64,000 bases of DNA, from positions 1 through 64,000 of the IMG/VR virus record IMGVR_UViG_3300025930_000007; one strand, given 5' to 3'. Numbering within the stretch: position 1 is the first letter of the stretch; every line of letters begins with the position of its first letter. Below the pieces are notes generated by a model. That model searched no databases, was not told the origin of the DNA, and saw nothing but the letters and a program-made list of their open reading frames with translations. Both the position numbers and the translations under genes were made by a program. This document shows, piece by piece, positions 20,928-30,835 of this stretch.

Positions 20928-22052
20928 ATGGCCGGCGATAACTTTCAGGACAATGTAAAGCTCGACAGCCTGACAAGGCTCGTCAACGAAGGACCGGCCG
21001 TCGTTATCGGCACCGATCCCGGCGCAAAGAGCGTCATCCTCAAGAACGATCTCGGCGAAATGCACGTCGTCGGCAACCCGACCACGAACCGGACGGTTGT
21101 CCTTCCCGACTCCGATGGAACGCTGATCTTTTCAGGTCAGGCTGTTCAAGGGCTCGGAGTCTCAACGGGCGGAAATACCGCAGGCAGCACGGGCACAACG
21201 ATTGGCACCATCGTGTTTGCTGGCATGGGGGGCGTGACGCTCTCGCAATCGACGGCAGCAGGCTCGCTTGCCACAATCACCATCAGTGCTAATCCTGGGG
21301 CGAACGTTAACGCCATCGGCGTTTCCACTGGGGGGAATACCGCAGGAACCACGGGCACGACCATCGGGACCGTCGTGCTCGTCGGAATCGGAAACGTGAC
21401 CCTCAGCCAGTCGACCGCAGCCGGCTCGAACGCGACGATCACGATCAGCGGGGGAGACGCGACACTTAAGAGCTACTCGTATCCCGATCAGCCAGCCGGA
21501 TCCTTCGGATCCTCGAACGGCGGTCTTTCGCTCATGCCGGTTCAGATCCCGGTCAATGTCAACGCGACCAAGGTTGTCTTCCTTGGGCACCTGACGGCAG
21601 CCACAAACTCGACCGGCTCGGTGATTTTCAGCCTTGGCGTCTATACGCTATCGGGATCCACGGCGAGCCTGGCGAGCTCCACGGTACGTCAGTTCTCCTG
21701 GACTACCGGAACCACGAATTCCACAGCGACGACGGCTCTCGGTGGACAGAGCGGAACGCGTTACCGGAGCTTCGATTTGGGAGGCACCTGGGCATTTACG
21801 CCAGGCAACTATCTCTTTGCCTTCTATGGCCGAACCTCGAACGCTGGGAGCTGGACCTTCTGGGGGATGGATCAGACGCTCTCCATCGCGGGTGGCGGCG
21901 AAGCCAACGATACCCAGTTCTTCTACCCTGGCTTCTCAACCTCAAGCTTTACGACCGCAATGCCGGCTTCGATCAACGTGACGGATACAAACTATGTTCG
22001 CACTGGTATCAGTGCCTTCCGGCAAATAGGTTATTGGTTGATAGGGCCGTAA
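20928..22052 (+). CDS. Fibre protein with [10 protein letters not shown] repeats, head paralogous to the previous gene
   Basis: Shared '[35 protein letters not shown]'. Confidence 0.8.
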   Translation: MAGDNFQDNVKLDSLTRLVNEGPAVVIGTDPGAKSVILKNDLGEMHVVGNPTTNRTVVLPDSDGTLIFSGQAVQGLGVSTGGNTAGSTGTTIGTIVFAGMGGVTLSQSTAAGSLATITISANPGANVNAIGVSTGGNTAGTTGTTIGTVVLVGIGNVTLSQSTAAGSNATITISGGDATLKSYSYPDQPAGSFGSSNGGLSLMPVQIPVNVNATKVVFLGHLTAATNSTGSVIFSLGVYTLSGSTASLASSTVRQFSWTTGTTNSTATTALGGQSGTRYRSFDLGGTWAFTPGNYLFAFYGRTSNAGSWTFWGMDQTLSIAGGGEANDTQFFYPGFSTSSFTTAMPASINVTDTNYVRTGISAFRQIGYWLIGP

Positions 22053-22053
22053 A

Positions 22054-22383
22054 ATGCCTTTTACCGTTTCCGGCGTCACGATCAACGGTTTCGTCCAGGT
22101 TGCCCAAGTGGATGGAGGCGACCAGGGACTTTGCTTCTTCGGTTCGATCGTCAATACAGGAGCGAATGGTCTTTCCCTAAGAATCACGGTAACGGACTAT
22201 TATGGAAATACGGATGTCTTTACGCCGGCGACAATAGCAGCGGGAGCGTCCGCAAAGTTCGATAGTATTTCCTTTTCGTTTGGGCCCAATACGAAGCCGC
22301 CGTTTAGGAACATCAAGCTGGAGGTAGCGGCGGCGACCAACAACCAACAAACCACCTTCACGTTCGTCGTCACGCAATTTTAA
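22054..22383 (+). CDS. Stand-alone 'NTGAN' domain protein
   Basis: 'GSIVNTGANGLSLRITVTDYYGNTD' matches the C-termini of fibres 3 and 4. Confidence 0.7.
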   Translation: MPFTVSGVTINGFVQVAQVDGGDQGLCFFGSIVNTGANGLSLRITVTDYYGNTDVFTPATIAAGASAKFDSISFSFGPNTKPPFRNIKLEVAAATNNQQTTFTFVVTQF

Positions 22384-22449
22384 CCCTATTCGTGTTGAGG
22401 GTTTACTTCGGTGGCCTATAATCAATCTTGCCGATGAGGAGATAAAAGG

Positions 22450-23019
22450 ATGTTCATAACGAATAGCGGCGATTACATGACCGGCGGCAAGTTCGTGTTT
22501 GCCGGCCAAGTGGCTCCTTCCGTGGCGGTATCCAGCATTACGTTTTCTGGACTCAATGGTGACAATGATCGGCTCTATGGGGTGAGCTTCCTTTGGAGGA
22601 ATCCAATCACTGGGGCCAGGAAGCTCAAGTTCCAGCCCAATGGGTCGGCAGTACCCTCGGGCTCTTCTATGCGAGTCGATGAGTTCGAAATCCTGGGCGT
22701 CGTAGCAACTCAGCAGAACGACTCGGATTTCGGATGCGCTCAACTGACCGCTGCGGGGGCGGACACTTTCGTTCAGGGAACGGCGTTCTTCGCATGTCAG
22801 TCGATCAACGCAGACGGATCCCCGGTTGGCCGCGCCTACGAAGGCAGAGGCTATGCCGAGGATTCGGCGGCCATCGTCGGCGTCCGGCGCCGCCACTTCT
22901 ACAGGAGTGGCTTCTGGAAGGATGTCAATGACGTGATCGAGTCGATCACCATCATCGCAGATCCGTCAGCCAATGCGATCGATGCGGGTTCGGACTTCAG
23001 GCTTTGGAGGGCAGCATAG
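22450..23019 (+). CDS. Hypothetical beta-rich protein resembling a phage fibre tip domain
   Basis: 'VSSITFSGL..IESITI..IDAGSDFRLW'; TATAAT and GAGGAG upstream. Confidence 0.6.
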   Translation: MFITNSGDYMTGGKFVFAGQVAPSVAVSSITFSGLNGDNDRLYGVSFLWRNPITGARKLKFQPNGSAVPSGSSMRVDEFEILGVVATQQNDSDFGCAQLTAAGADTFVQGTAFFACQSINADGSPVGRAYEGRGYAEDSAAIVGVRRRHFYRSGFWKDVNDVIESITIIADPSANAIDAGSDFRLWRAA

Positions 23020-23021
23020 TT

Positions 23022-23213
23022 ATGAAAATAAAGAGATGGAATGGGAATACGCTCGTCGAAGTGCCCAATCCGAAACTCGATGAGTTCGCAAGAGAAGGCC
23101 TTTATGTCGAGAACGCAGACGGAACCCGACACCTGTGGATCTACAACGGACCTGATCCCGTGCCTTCGTCTGCCGTGATCAAACAGAGGATCGAGAAGGA
23201 AGTTCCCCATTAG
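23022..23213 (+). CDS. Small hypothetical protein
   Basis: ATG at 23022 after GGAGG. Confidence 0.5.
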   Translation: MKIKRWNGNTLVEVPNPKLDEFAREGLYVENADGTRHLWIYNGPDPVPSSAVIKQRIEKEVPH

Positions 23214-23264
23214 ACCCTTGAAGTAAACCGCTTCCATGTTACAATCCTGTCCTGGAGAGAAAAC

Positions 23265-24095
23265 ATGGGAGCGCCTTCATCTGACGGGAACAACCTGGTT
23301 TCTTCGGAAGAGGCTCTGAAGTCTTCCGAAGGACTTGGTTTCGAACGGATCGTCACGATCCCGGGGTCGACGTACAAAGATAATTCGACCATCATCATCG
23401 TGCCGATGCGGGGCATCCTCATTCACTCGAATGATCCGGTCTGCAAGAATGGGGACCATCGCTATTGCAAGAAGCCCTTCGCCCATCAGAAGGTCATCTC
23501 GTCCTGGATGAACCTCATCGCCCCCATGAATCAGAAACGGATGCTCATGCAGATCGTGGGGCATGAGGTCGGGGAAGCCTACAACGACGCCATCCGGCAG
23601 ATTCTAGCCAATCCCGAGTGGTCGAAGTGGAAGTACATCATGACCCTCGAGGATGACAACTTACCTCCGCCGGACGCGCATATCCGGCTCCTCGAGAGCA
23701 TCGAATGGGCCGGCTTCGACGCCATGAGTGGACTCTATTTCACGAAGGGCGACTGCGGGATGCCCATGGCCTACGGAGATCCGGACGAATACCGCCGAAC
23801 CGGCAACCTCGACTTCCGGCCGCGCGACGTTAGGGCTGCTCTCCAGCACGGAAATATCATGGAAGTAAACGGCATCGCCATGGGCTGCGCGCTCTGGCGG
23901 CTGGATCTCTTCAGGCAGGTTCCGCCGCCCTGGTTCGTGACCGTCGCCGACGTCGTTCCTGAACGTGGCGGCGCGATCGCGCAGACGCAGGACCTCAACT
24001 TCTGCGAGAAGGGGCGCCGAGTGGGGAAGAAATTCGGCGTTGACTTCCGTGTCCGGGTCGGCCACCTCGATCTCGACAGCGGCGTTGTCTACTAA
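23265..24095 (+). CDS. GT-A/GT2-like glycosyltransferase
   Basis: 'YIMTLEDDNLPPPD' DxD motif, 'GIAMGCALW..F..VPPPWF', 'QDLNFC', 'VGHLD'; promoter TTGAAG-17-TACAAT upstream. Confidence 0.75.
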   Translation: MGAPSSDGNNLVSSEEALKSSEGLGFERIVTIPGSTYKDNSTIIIVPMRGILIHSNDPVCKNGDHRYCKKPFAHQKVISSWMNLIAPMNQKRMLMQIVGHEVGEAYNDAIRQILANPEWSKWKYIMTLEDDNLPPPDAHIRLLESIEWAGFDAMSGLYFTKGDCGMPMAYGDPDEYRRTGNLDFRPRDVRAALQHGNIMEVNGIAMGCALWRLDLFRQVPPPWFVTVADVVPERGGAIAQTQDLNFCEKGRRVGKKFGVDFRVRVGHLDLDSGVVY

Positions 24096-24134
24096 TGTCC
24101 GTCTTTTTCTACCCCCTACATTCCGGAGCCCGCC

Positions 24135-24824
24135 ATGCCTGAAGGAGCCGACCTGGGCCTCAAACTGGCCATTCCCGCGCCACAGGAAGAGAAAGCGCCT
24201 CTCAAAATGGCCGAAGCCACGAAGGGCGTCCGAATCGACCTGGCATGCGGGCAGAGCTGCCGAGATGGGTTCGATGGCGCGGATCTCCTAGCTCCGAACG
24301 TGAAGTACAAAGTCGACCTCATGAAGTTCCCATGGCCATGGAAGGACAACTCCGTGGATGAGCTCCACTCGTCGCACTTCATCGAGCATATCGAGGCCCG
24401 GAATATCGAGGAGCGAGACTTGGACCTCTCGCGCTGCGCGGAGATCGGCATCGCGGAGAGCGTCGTGAAGAAGGACTTCGTCGGTAAGGACATGCTCTTC
24501 GGGTTCTTCGACGAGTGCTACAGGATCCTCAAGCCCAATGGGAAGATGAACGTGATCTGTCCCGCTCTTAGGAGCAACCGGGCATTCCAGGATCCCACGC
24601 ATAGGCGCTTCATCCCGGCAGAGACGTTCCTTTACCTGAATGGCAAGTGGAGGAGCGACAACAAGCTCGACCACTATCGGGCCATCTGCAACTTCGACGT
24701 GAAGTGCGATCCGATCGTACCGATCGAGATGACGACCTACCACCCAGAGGCACAGCAGGTCAAGCTGATGCACTACTGGAACACCATCGTCGACTGGACG
24801 GCGAATCTGATCGCCTTGAAATGA
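24135..24824 (+). CDS. Class I SAM-dependent methyltransferase (type 11-like)
   Basis: 'IDLACG', 'WPWKDNSVDELHSSHFIEHI', 'RILKPNG', 'DPTH'. Confidence 0.85.
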   Translation: MPEGADLGLKLAIPAPQEEKAPLKMAEATKGVRIDLACGQSCRDGFDGADLLAPNVKYKVDLMKFPWPWKDNSVDELHSSHFIEHIEARNIEERDLDLSRCAEIGIAESVVKKDFVGKDMLFGFFDECYRILKPNGKMNVICPALRSNRAFQDPTHRRFIPAETFLYLNGKWRSDNKLDHYRAICNFDVKCDPIVPIEMTTYHPEAQQVKLMHYWNTIVDWTANLIALK

Positions 24825-25111
24825 CGATGGCGATTCCGGGCGAAGGTTACGTCGATCGCGGGAAGCTCCAATACTTCGGTGGCCGACCATTCGTCTCGGA
24901 TGGGGAGTTCAAGGCTCCCGCGGCCCCTTGCGAACACGCCCTGCTGATCGGGAAGGTCAGGGAAGACTCTGAAATGGGAGTCTGGCGCATCCCGCTGACC
25001 TACGTCATCTTCAAGGGGCATCCCGAGGAATATAAGACTGAAGGCTACTGCGTCCATTGCGCGCTGGCCTATTTGATGCGGTCTCAGGGACGCGAAGAAG
25101 GGATCCCTTGA
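24821..25111 (+). CDS. Small hypothetical protein with C..H..CxxC
   Basis: ATGA overlap with the upstream stop. Confidence 0.55.
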   Translation: MTMAIPGEGYVDRGKLQYFGGRPFVSDGEFKAPAAPCEHALLIGKVREDSEMGVWRIPLTYVIFKGHPEEYKTEGYCVHCALAYLMRSQGREEGIP

Positions 25112-25202
25112 AAGTCCTGGCGCTAAGGATTAGACTCTAATTAGCCCGTCCTCCCCAGGCGGGTTTTGTTTCAAGGCTCCGCCCGGTTGAAGGCGCATCG
25201 TG
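25108..25202 (+). promoter_or_regulatory. Promoter plus conserved leader element, copy 5
   Basis: TTGAAA-17-TAGACT; AGCCCGTC/CTCCCCA/GGCGGGTT; TCCGCCC at 25178-25184. Confidence 0.75.
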
Positions 25203-25931
25203 GCCGATCCGCGGATCTTCGAACCCTTTCGGGATGCTTCCTTTAGGGTCATCCTTTCAAGAGCCTTCAAGTCTTTCCCGAAACGGGTTGAGGAGATCCT
25301 GGCTCGCGAAAACTGGAATCATTTCACGGATTTCATGGCAGCCGTCGAAAGATCCGGACGCGTACTGTTCCAGTTCGAAGGAAAACTTAGCCAAAAACTG
25401 ATCGAGATACACGGTCCTGATGCTGCCGTCAAAACGATGTACAACATTGCCAATACGAATGCGATGAATCAGCTTCTGTCAGGAGCCTTCTTCGGGATTC
25501 AAGAGGGAGAAGTTGATCGAAGACTTTCGGGTGCGGCGATGGCCTCTCTGGGCATAGAGTCCTGGTACAACTTTTCAATGCATATACTTCACTGGTCCTT
25601 GGCAGCCTATTCGGAGATGACCGGAGGAAAGACTCCTCTGGATACTGCGCAACCAGACACGCTCTTGTTTATGGGGCTGACGGATAGCGTTCCGACTCCC
25701 GAAACCATGAACAAGGTGATGAAGGCCTTTGGGATGCCAACGGTCGAGCACCTGACGGCAGCATTTTCTGCGTTCCTCCCAGGCGAGCTCACGGTGGAGG
25801 ATCTTGATCGCTCTATTGGAGATCCGGCTCTACTTACCGAGCTCGTCAATCGCTGTCCATCAAATCCCCATAAAGGCATTGTCTTTTCTGCCGTTGATAA
25901 TCCTATGGCTCTCGGATATGCTGGAGTTTAG
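25200..25931 (+). CDS. Hypothetical protein
   Basis: 243-aa ORF directly after the leader element. Confidence 0.7.
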   Translation: MADPRIFEPFRDASFRVILSRAFKSFPKRVEEILARENWNHFTDFMAAVERSGRVLFQFEGKLSQKLIEIHGPDAAVKTMYNIANTNAMNQLLSGAFFGIQEGEVDRRLSGAAMASLGIESWYNFSMHILHWSLAAYSEMTGGKTPLDTAQPDTLLFMGLTDSVPTPETMNKVMKAFGMPTVEHLTAAFSAFLPGELTVEDLDRSIGDPALLTELVNRCPSNPHKGIVFSAVDNPMALGYAGV

Positions 25932-26405
25932 ATGATCTCTCTCTCCGAATGCGCTCCCTGCAAGGCCATGAGAATGCAGGCCGAGGCTGAAGAAGAATTC
26001 CGCAAGCGCTTTGGCGTCGTCAATCCCCGTCCTGCCGGCATGATGGGCTGGCGCCCCTATATGGGCCAGGCTTCAAGCATGTTCTCCACACCGGCCGCGT
26101 CCCCTGGACTGGCACCCAAGCCCTATGCGAGCCAGGTCCAGGAGCGTCTCTTGTGGTTCGCGGCCGGAAACGTCTTCGGGTTTCCTCTGGGAATCCTCTC
26201 GAATGTTGCCTTCAAGAGTCTTCGCCGGTATCGCAGTGAGGCTGCCATGTTCGCCGCAATGGCCGCTGGCGTGGGACTTCTCTCCGCAGTCCTTCCCATC
26301 GAGAGCCCAGTGATGGGCATGATTTCCAAGGTTTCCGGTATCCTCTCGGGTGGAGCGATGGCAGACATCGTCCTTCCGAAGAAACCGGTCCTGCTGCCCG
26401 CATAA
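25932..26405 (+). CDS. Multi-TM protein with 'RPYMGQ' motif
   Basis: Three hydrophobic segments after MGQ. Confidence 0.7.
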   Translation: MISLSECAPCKAMRMQAEAEEEFRKRFGVVNPRPAGMMGWRPYMGQASSMFSTPAASPGLAPKPYASQVQERLLWFAAGNVFGFPLGILSNVAFKSLRRYRSEAAMFAAMAAGVGLLSAVLPIESPVMGMISKVSGILSGGAMADIVLPKKPVLLPA

Positions 26406-26469
26406 AATTCCCTTTCCAGCCATCGGTAAACGCGGTATTATCCCTTCGATAAAATGTCGAGGGGGATAA

Positions 26470-29400
26470 TTGCCGATTGCGGGGATCAAGCTTCTCATCA
26501 TCGGGCCCGCCATCCAGCTTCCGTACGAGTGCAAGGTCATCAGCGACAGCGCAGCGATTCTTCCGACGATTGCACAGTTCCAGCCGGACGTCATCATGAC
26601 GACGGCCTTCATACCGGGATCGCTTAACAGCGCTACCTTCGAACTTAGGAAGCGCTGGATCCATGTACCGGCAAACACGTCGCCGGAGGCCGCAAGGCAG
26701 GCCGTGGAGAACTGCTATCTGTCCAACATCTGGGCTGTTCATCAATACCAGGCCGCCAACCCTCTGATCTCCGTCTATACCGGCACCTATAACACCGGCG
26801 ATTACCTGAGAGATACCTACCAGTCGCTTCGAGACCAGACCTATGCGAACTGGGAGTGGGTCGTTATCGACGATCATTCAAACGATGGGACCTGGGAACG
26901 TCTTGAGGCCTTGGCGAAAGACGACATCCGGGTTCGTCCATATCGTTCAGGAAAACGGCTCGAAAAGATTGGGGCAGTGAAGGACCAGGCCACCCGTCTT
27001 TCGAAGGGCGTTTATCTCGTGGAACTCGACCACGACGACATGCTGACGGATTTCGCTCTCGCTGATATTAGGGATGCCTTCGAAAAGAATCCGGAAGTAG
27101 GCTTCGTCTATTCAAACTCGAGCAACTTCTTCGAGAACGGCCAATTCCATCGGTTCGACGACGAATTCTGGAAGAATCGCTACCGGGAGACCGAGTACCG
27201 CGGGAAGAAATGGCTGGAATGCCTGAATCCGGACATCTACGACCGCTTCGGACCTGACTTCCAACAGCAGTTCGGATGGTTTCTGACGGTCGGTCCCAAT
27301 CACGTCCGGGCCTTCCGGGCGAAGACCCTGTTTGAACTCGGCGGTTATAATCCGAGTCTTCCGGTCGCCGATGACTGGGACCTCTATGCGAGATTCTTCC
27401 TTTATTCGAAGTGCCATCACGTCGACAAGATGCTGTATCTCTACCGTTTCAAGGACAACTGGGCGAACACGACCTTCACAAGGAACAAGGCGATCCAGGA
27501 TCACCTGCAACTCGGCCGTGGTAACTACGCGGCGGCGTTCAAGGCCTTCAACGAGCAGCGCCAGAGATCGGCGTCGACCGGAGGTGGCGAGCTCCTGCTG
27601 ACGGTCATCGTTCCCTCCATCCCATCGCGGATGGAATCCTTGTATGGGGTGCTGAACGATCTCTTTAAGCAGGCGGATGGGAAGCCGGTCGAAATCGTCT
27701 GCCTGCTCGACAACAGGAAGAGCAACCTCAGCGAGAAGCGAAACCAGGCGATCAAGAATGCCAAGGGCAGGTTCATCTCGTTCGTCGATGATGACGACAA
27801 GATCGAGCCGGATTACGTCGATCAGATCCTCGAAGCCATCAAGACCAATCCTAAGGCCGACTGCGTTGTCTTTGACGTTCTGGTTCACGGCTACACGCCG
27901 GAGCCCAAGCTCTGCGCTTACGGGATCGAGTACGAACAGGGGGAAAACGAGACCTCCTATCTCCGGAAGCCGAATCACGTCATGGCCTATCGGACGGAGA
28001 TCTCTCGGAAGCACGAGTACCGGAAGGATCTCTCCGCGATCAGCGAAGACACCGAATGGGCTGAAAGGGCCTCGAAAGACATTCAGTCCCAGGCCAGGAT
28101 TTCGAAGACCCTTTATCACTACTTCTACAACCCGAAGACCACGACGCAGCTCATGCCGGCTCCAGGCCAGAGAACGCTGAAGGATGTCTCGTTCATCGTG
28201 CTCGAGGCCGCCGAGACTGCGCTCACAAAACGCTGCATCCAATCCATCCGGGAGCATGCACCTGGCTCGGAAGTCGTCTACGTCTCAAACGGCGTCATTT
28301 CCTGTCCGGATCGGAAGGCAGACGTCCAGGTCGACTTCAACGTCAATCTGGGGTTTGCGGCTGGATGTAACGCCGGCGCGGCCGCGGCCACGCGCCCAAT
28401 CCTATGCTTCATGAACAATGATGCGGCTTTCGTGGACGATACTCCGGCGAAGCTGCTCGCGGGCCTGTCGGATGCGAATCCGATCACCGCGCCATTCTCC
28501 AATAAGGCAAAACCCCCTCAGGGTGATATTCCCAGGGCAGCCGTCCCTAAGACCGACGTCTTTCCGGATATGGTAGTCGGGCTCTGCATGATGATCCCAA
28601 AGGCGCTCTTCCAGGAGCTCGACGGCTTTGATCCCGATCTTCTCACCTACGAAGACGACGAATTCTGCCGGAAGGCGGCGATCAAGGGCTTCAAGCCCAA
28701 GGTCGTGGCCAATACCTGGGTCGACCATGAACGTCATGAAACCTTCAAAAAGCTGGGCCTCGATGTCGACAAGGTGATGGCCAAGAATGCCCTCATCTAC
28801 CGGAAGAAGAACCCTGTCATCCGCGTGATCGTGATTGCAAAAGACGAGGAAAAGGCGCTGCCCGGCTTCTTCAAGCAGTTCGAGCAGATCACGCGCGACT
28901 GGTGCGTCCTGGACACAGGTTCGAAAGATCGCACGGAGATCCTGGCGAAGGATCTCGGATGTCGCGTGGAGAAAGGGCCTTTCGAGGACTTTGCCTCCGC
29001 GCGGAACGATGCGGTCAGCCGCTTCGGCGCCGGCGCCGACTGGATCATCATGATCGATCCGGATGAAAGGCTGGATGAACATACGCTCAAGCATCTCAAG
29101 GAGCTGCTCTATCGCACGACGGACGACATCCTTTATTCGATGCTCCAGGCGAAATATCCGGATGGGAGCATACGCCGTTTCGTTTCAAAGCCCTTCATCT
29201 GGCGTAACAAGCCGGAAATCAAGTGGGTGTTCAAGGTCCATGAGAAGCTCATTGGATCCAAGCACCAGGCCGTGGTCGTGAACTCCATGAATACGCACCT
29301 GATCGAGCTCCACGAAGATGGACGTCGGCAGGCCGCGAGCGGCTTCTACGACGCGCTCATGAAGGCGGAGCCCTATTTCACGGATCCGGCTTACAAGAGG

Positions 29401-30105
29401 AAGATGATCGAGGAATGGCCGATCCTCGATTACGACCGCATGGAAGATCCTCGCATCCGGGCGATCTATGCTGGACCCCTAGTCTCCGTCGTCATTCCGA
29501 CCTACAAGCGGGCCGAGCTGCTTAATCGAGCCATTTCATCGGCGCTTGCCCAGGATTACGCCAATATCGAAGTGATCGTCGTCGGTGATAAGTGCCCTGA
29601 TCTTGCGGAACTGATACCGCTCGGTCCTCCGCCAGATCGCGTCCGGCTGTTCAATCTGGTCCACAATCATGGCGCCGGCGGTGCCGTTCCGCGCAATCAT
29701 GCGATCGCCGCGGCCGGCGGTTCGCTCATCGCCTACTTGGATGACGACAATGTCTGGAAGTCGGATCACGTCTCATCGCTCTATACGGCGATGATGGAAA
29801 ATGGAGCCTCGTTCGCCTTTTCATCCATGGAAGTGAACGGTACCGACCTCAAATTCTCGGAACCGAAACACGGTAGCATCGACACGTCATGCATCCTCCA
29901 TCGGAAGAACCTCGTGGAGAAGTACGGAGGCTGGAAGGACCGGACGAAGGCAAATTACTATCACGATTGGGAGTTCGTGAGTCGCTGGGTGAATGGTAGC
30001 GAGAGGTGGGTGGCTACCAGGAAGCCGACGCTGATCTATAACGCGGAGACCTGCGGACAGCGTGAATTCCTCGAGGCGCTTGCCTTGTCGAAGGCATCCA
30101 AGTAG
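26470..30105 (+). CDS. Multi-domain glycosyltransferase with five GT2-type modules
   Basis: Five strand-1 plus DxD-type sets: LISVYTGTYN/LDHDD, LTVIVPSIP/FVDDDD, VSFIVL/MNNDA, VIVIAKDEE/IDPDE, VSVVIPTYKR/LDDDN. Confidence 0.85.
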   Translation: MPIAGIKLLIIGPAIQLPYECKVISDSAAILPTIAQFQPDVIMTTAFIPGSLNSATFELRKRWIHVPANTSPEAARQAVENCYLSNIWAVHQYQAANPLISVYTGTYNTGDYLRDTYQSLRDQTYANWEWVVIDDHSNDGTWERLEALAKDDIRVRPYRSGKRLEKIGAVKDQATRLSKGVYLVELDHDDMLTDFALADIRDAFEKNPEVGFVYSNSSNFFENGQFHRFDDEFWKNRYRETEYRGKKWLECLNPDIYDRFGPDFQQQFGWFLTVGPNHVRAFRAKTLFELGGYNPSLPVADDWDLYARFFLYSKCHHVDKMLYLYRFKDNWANTTFTRNKAIQDHLQLGRGNYAAAFKAFNEQRQRSASTGGGELLLTVIVPSIPSRMESLYGVLNDLFKQADGKPVEIVCLLDNRKSNLSEKRNQAIKNAKGRFISFVDDDDKIEPDYVDQILEAIKTNPKADCVVFDVLVHGYTPEPKLCAYGIEYEQGENETSYLRKPNHVMAYRTEISRKHEYRKDLSAISEDTEWAERASKDIQSQARISKTLYHYFYNPKTTTQLMPAPGQRTLKDVSFIVLEAAETALTKRCIQSIREHAPGSEVVYVSNGVISCPDRKADVQVDFNVNLGFAAGCNAGAAAATRPILCFMNNDAAFVDDTPAKLLAGLSDANPITAPFSNKAKPPQGDIPRAAVPKTDVFPDMVVGLCMMIPKALFQELDGFDPDLLTYEDDEFCRKAAIKGFKPKVVANTWVDHERHETFKKLGLDVDKVMAKNALIYRKKNPVIRVIVIAKDEEKALPGFFKQFEQITRDWCVLDTGSKDRTEILAKDLGCRVEKGPFEDFASARNDAVSRFGAGADWIIMIDPDERLDEHTLKHLKELLYRTTDDILYSMLQAKYPDGSIRRFVSKPFIWRNKPEIKWVFKVHEKLIGSKHQAVVVNSMNTHLIELHEDGRRQAASGFYDALMKAEPYFTDPAYKRKMIEEWPILDYDRMEDPRIRAIYAGPLVSVVIPTYKRAELLNRAISSALAQDYANIEVIVVGDKCPDLAELIPLGPPPDRVRLFNLVHNHGAGGAVPRNHAIAAAGGSLIAYLDDDNVWKSDHVSSLYTAMMENGASFAFSSMEVNGTDLKFSEPKHGSIDTSCILHRKNLVEKYGGWKDRTKANYYHDWEFVSRWVNGSERWVATRKPTLIYNAETCGQREFLEALALSKASK

Positions 30106-30185
30106 AATTCTGAGACAGCAGGAAGGTCTCCCCCGACCCGTCCCTGGTGATTTGCTTGGTCCGCCCCCGTCAGCCTATACCCATG
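30080..30185 (+). promoter_or_regulatory. Promoter plus conserved leader element, copy 6
   Basis: TTGCCT-17-TAGAAT (the -10 overlaps the GT stop codon); GGTC/TCCCCC/GACC; TCCGCCC at 30160-30166. Confidence 0.7.
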
Positions 30186-30734
30186 GCTTGGCAACGCTGC
30201 GGAAACCTGCCCTACTATCGCAAGGCCATGGGAAGGACGACGTTCTACGTCAACCCCTTCAACTGGAGCCAGGTCATCGTCTCGGCGGAGAGGCAAGACG
30301 AATGGGCGGGCATCGCCACTATCCTATACCGAAAAGCCTTGAGATATGATTGGGACGCGCTAAAAAGCGGCTCCAGGATCATCGACGAAAAAGACAAGAC
30401 GAACGTTCTCCGGGCTACGCATGAATGGTTTGTCGATCGAATGAAGGCGGAAGAAGCGAAGCTTCCGAGTTCCGAGGTCATTCGACTCTTCAAAAATGCG
30501 CCCAATGATGCCCGAGATTTCGTGCTGGAAGGCGTGGGAGCATTGATCACTGGCCTGGGCGCATCGATCGAAGCTCCCGTCACGCTCATCGCCGTCGAGA
30601 AAGACAGTCCGGCTTACAAGGATATCTCGGATCTACGCGAAGTGTTCAATTATGCCCAGAAGTTCTTCATCGCTCCGACCCTCGACCAGGCGATCAGCGA
30701 GGCTCTCGATTACCTGGGCATCTACGAATGCTAA
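30183..30734 (+). CDS. Hypothetical protein
   Basis: In-frame ATG at 30183 follows the leader element. Confidence 0.65.
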   Translation: MAWQRCGNLPYYRKAMGRTTFYVNPFNWSQVIVSAERQDEWAGIATILYRKALRYDWDALKSGSRIIDEKDKTNVLRATHEWFVDRMKAEEAKLPSSEVIRLFKNAPNDARDFVLEGVGALITGLGASIEAPVTLIAVEKDSPAYKDISDLREVFNYAQKFFIAPTLDQAISEALDYLGIYEC

Positions 30735-30742
30735 AAAGCATC

Positions 30743-30835
30743 TTGCCCATAAGTCATTCTAGCGCTACACTTCGTTAGCCCTTTCCCCAAAGGGTCTTTG
30801 GCATTAGGTATCCGCCCTCGGCCCGTGTGGTGATG
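30743..30835 (+). promoter_or_regulatory. Promoter plus conserved leader element, copy 7
   Basis: TTGCCC-17-TACACT; GCCCTTT/CCCC/AAAGGGT; TCCGCCC at 30811-30817. Confidence 0.75.
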
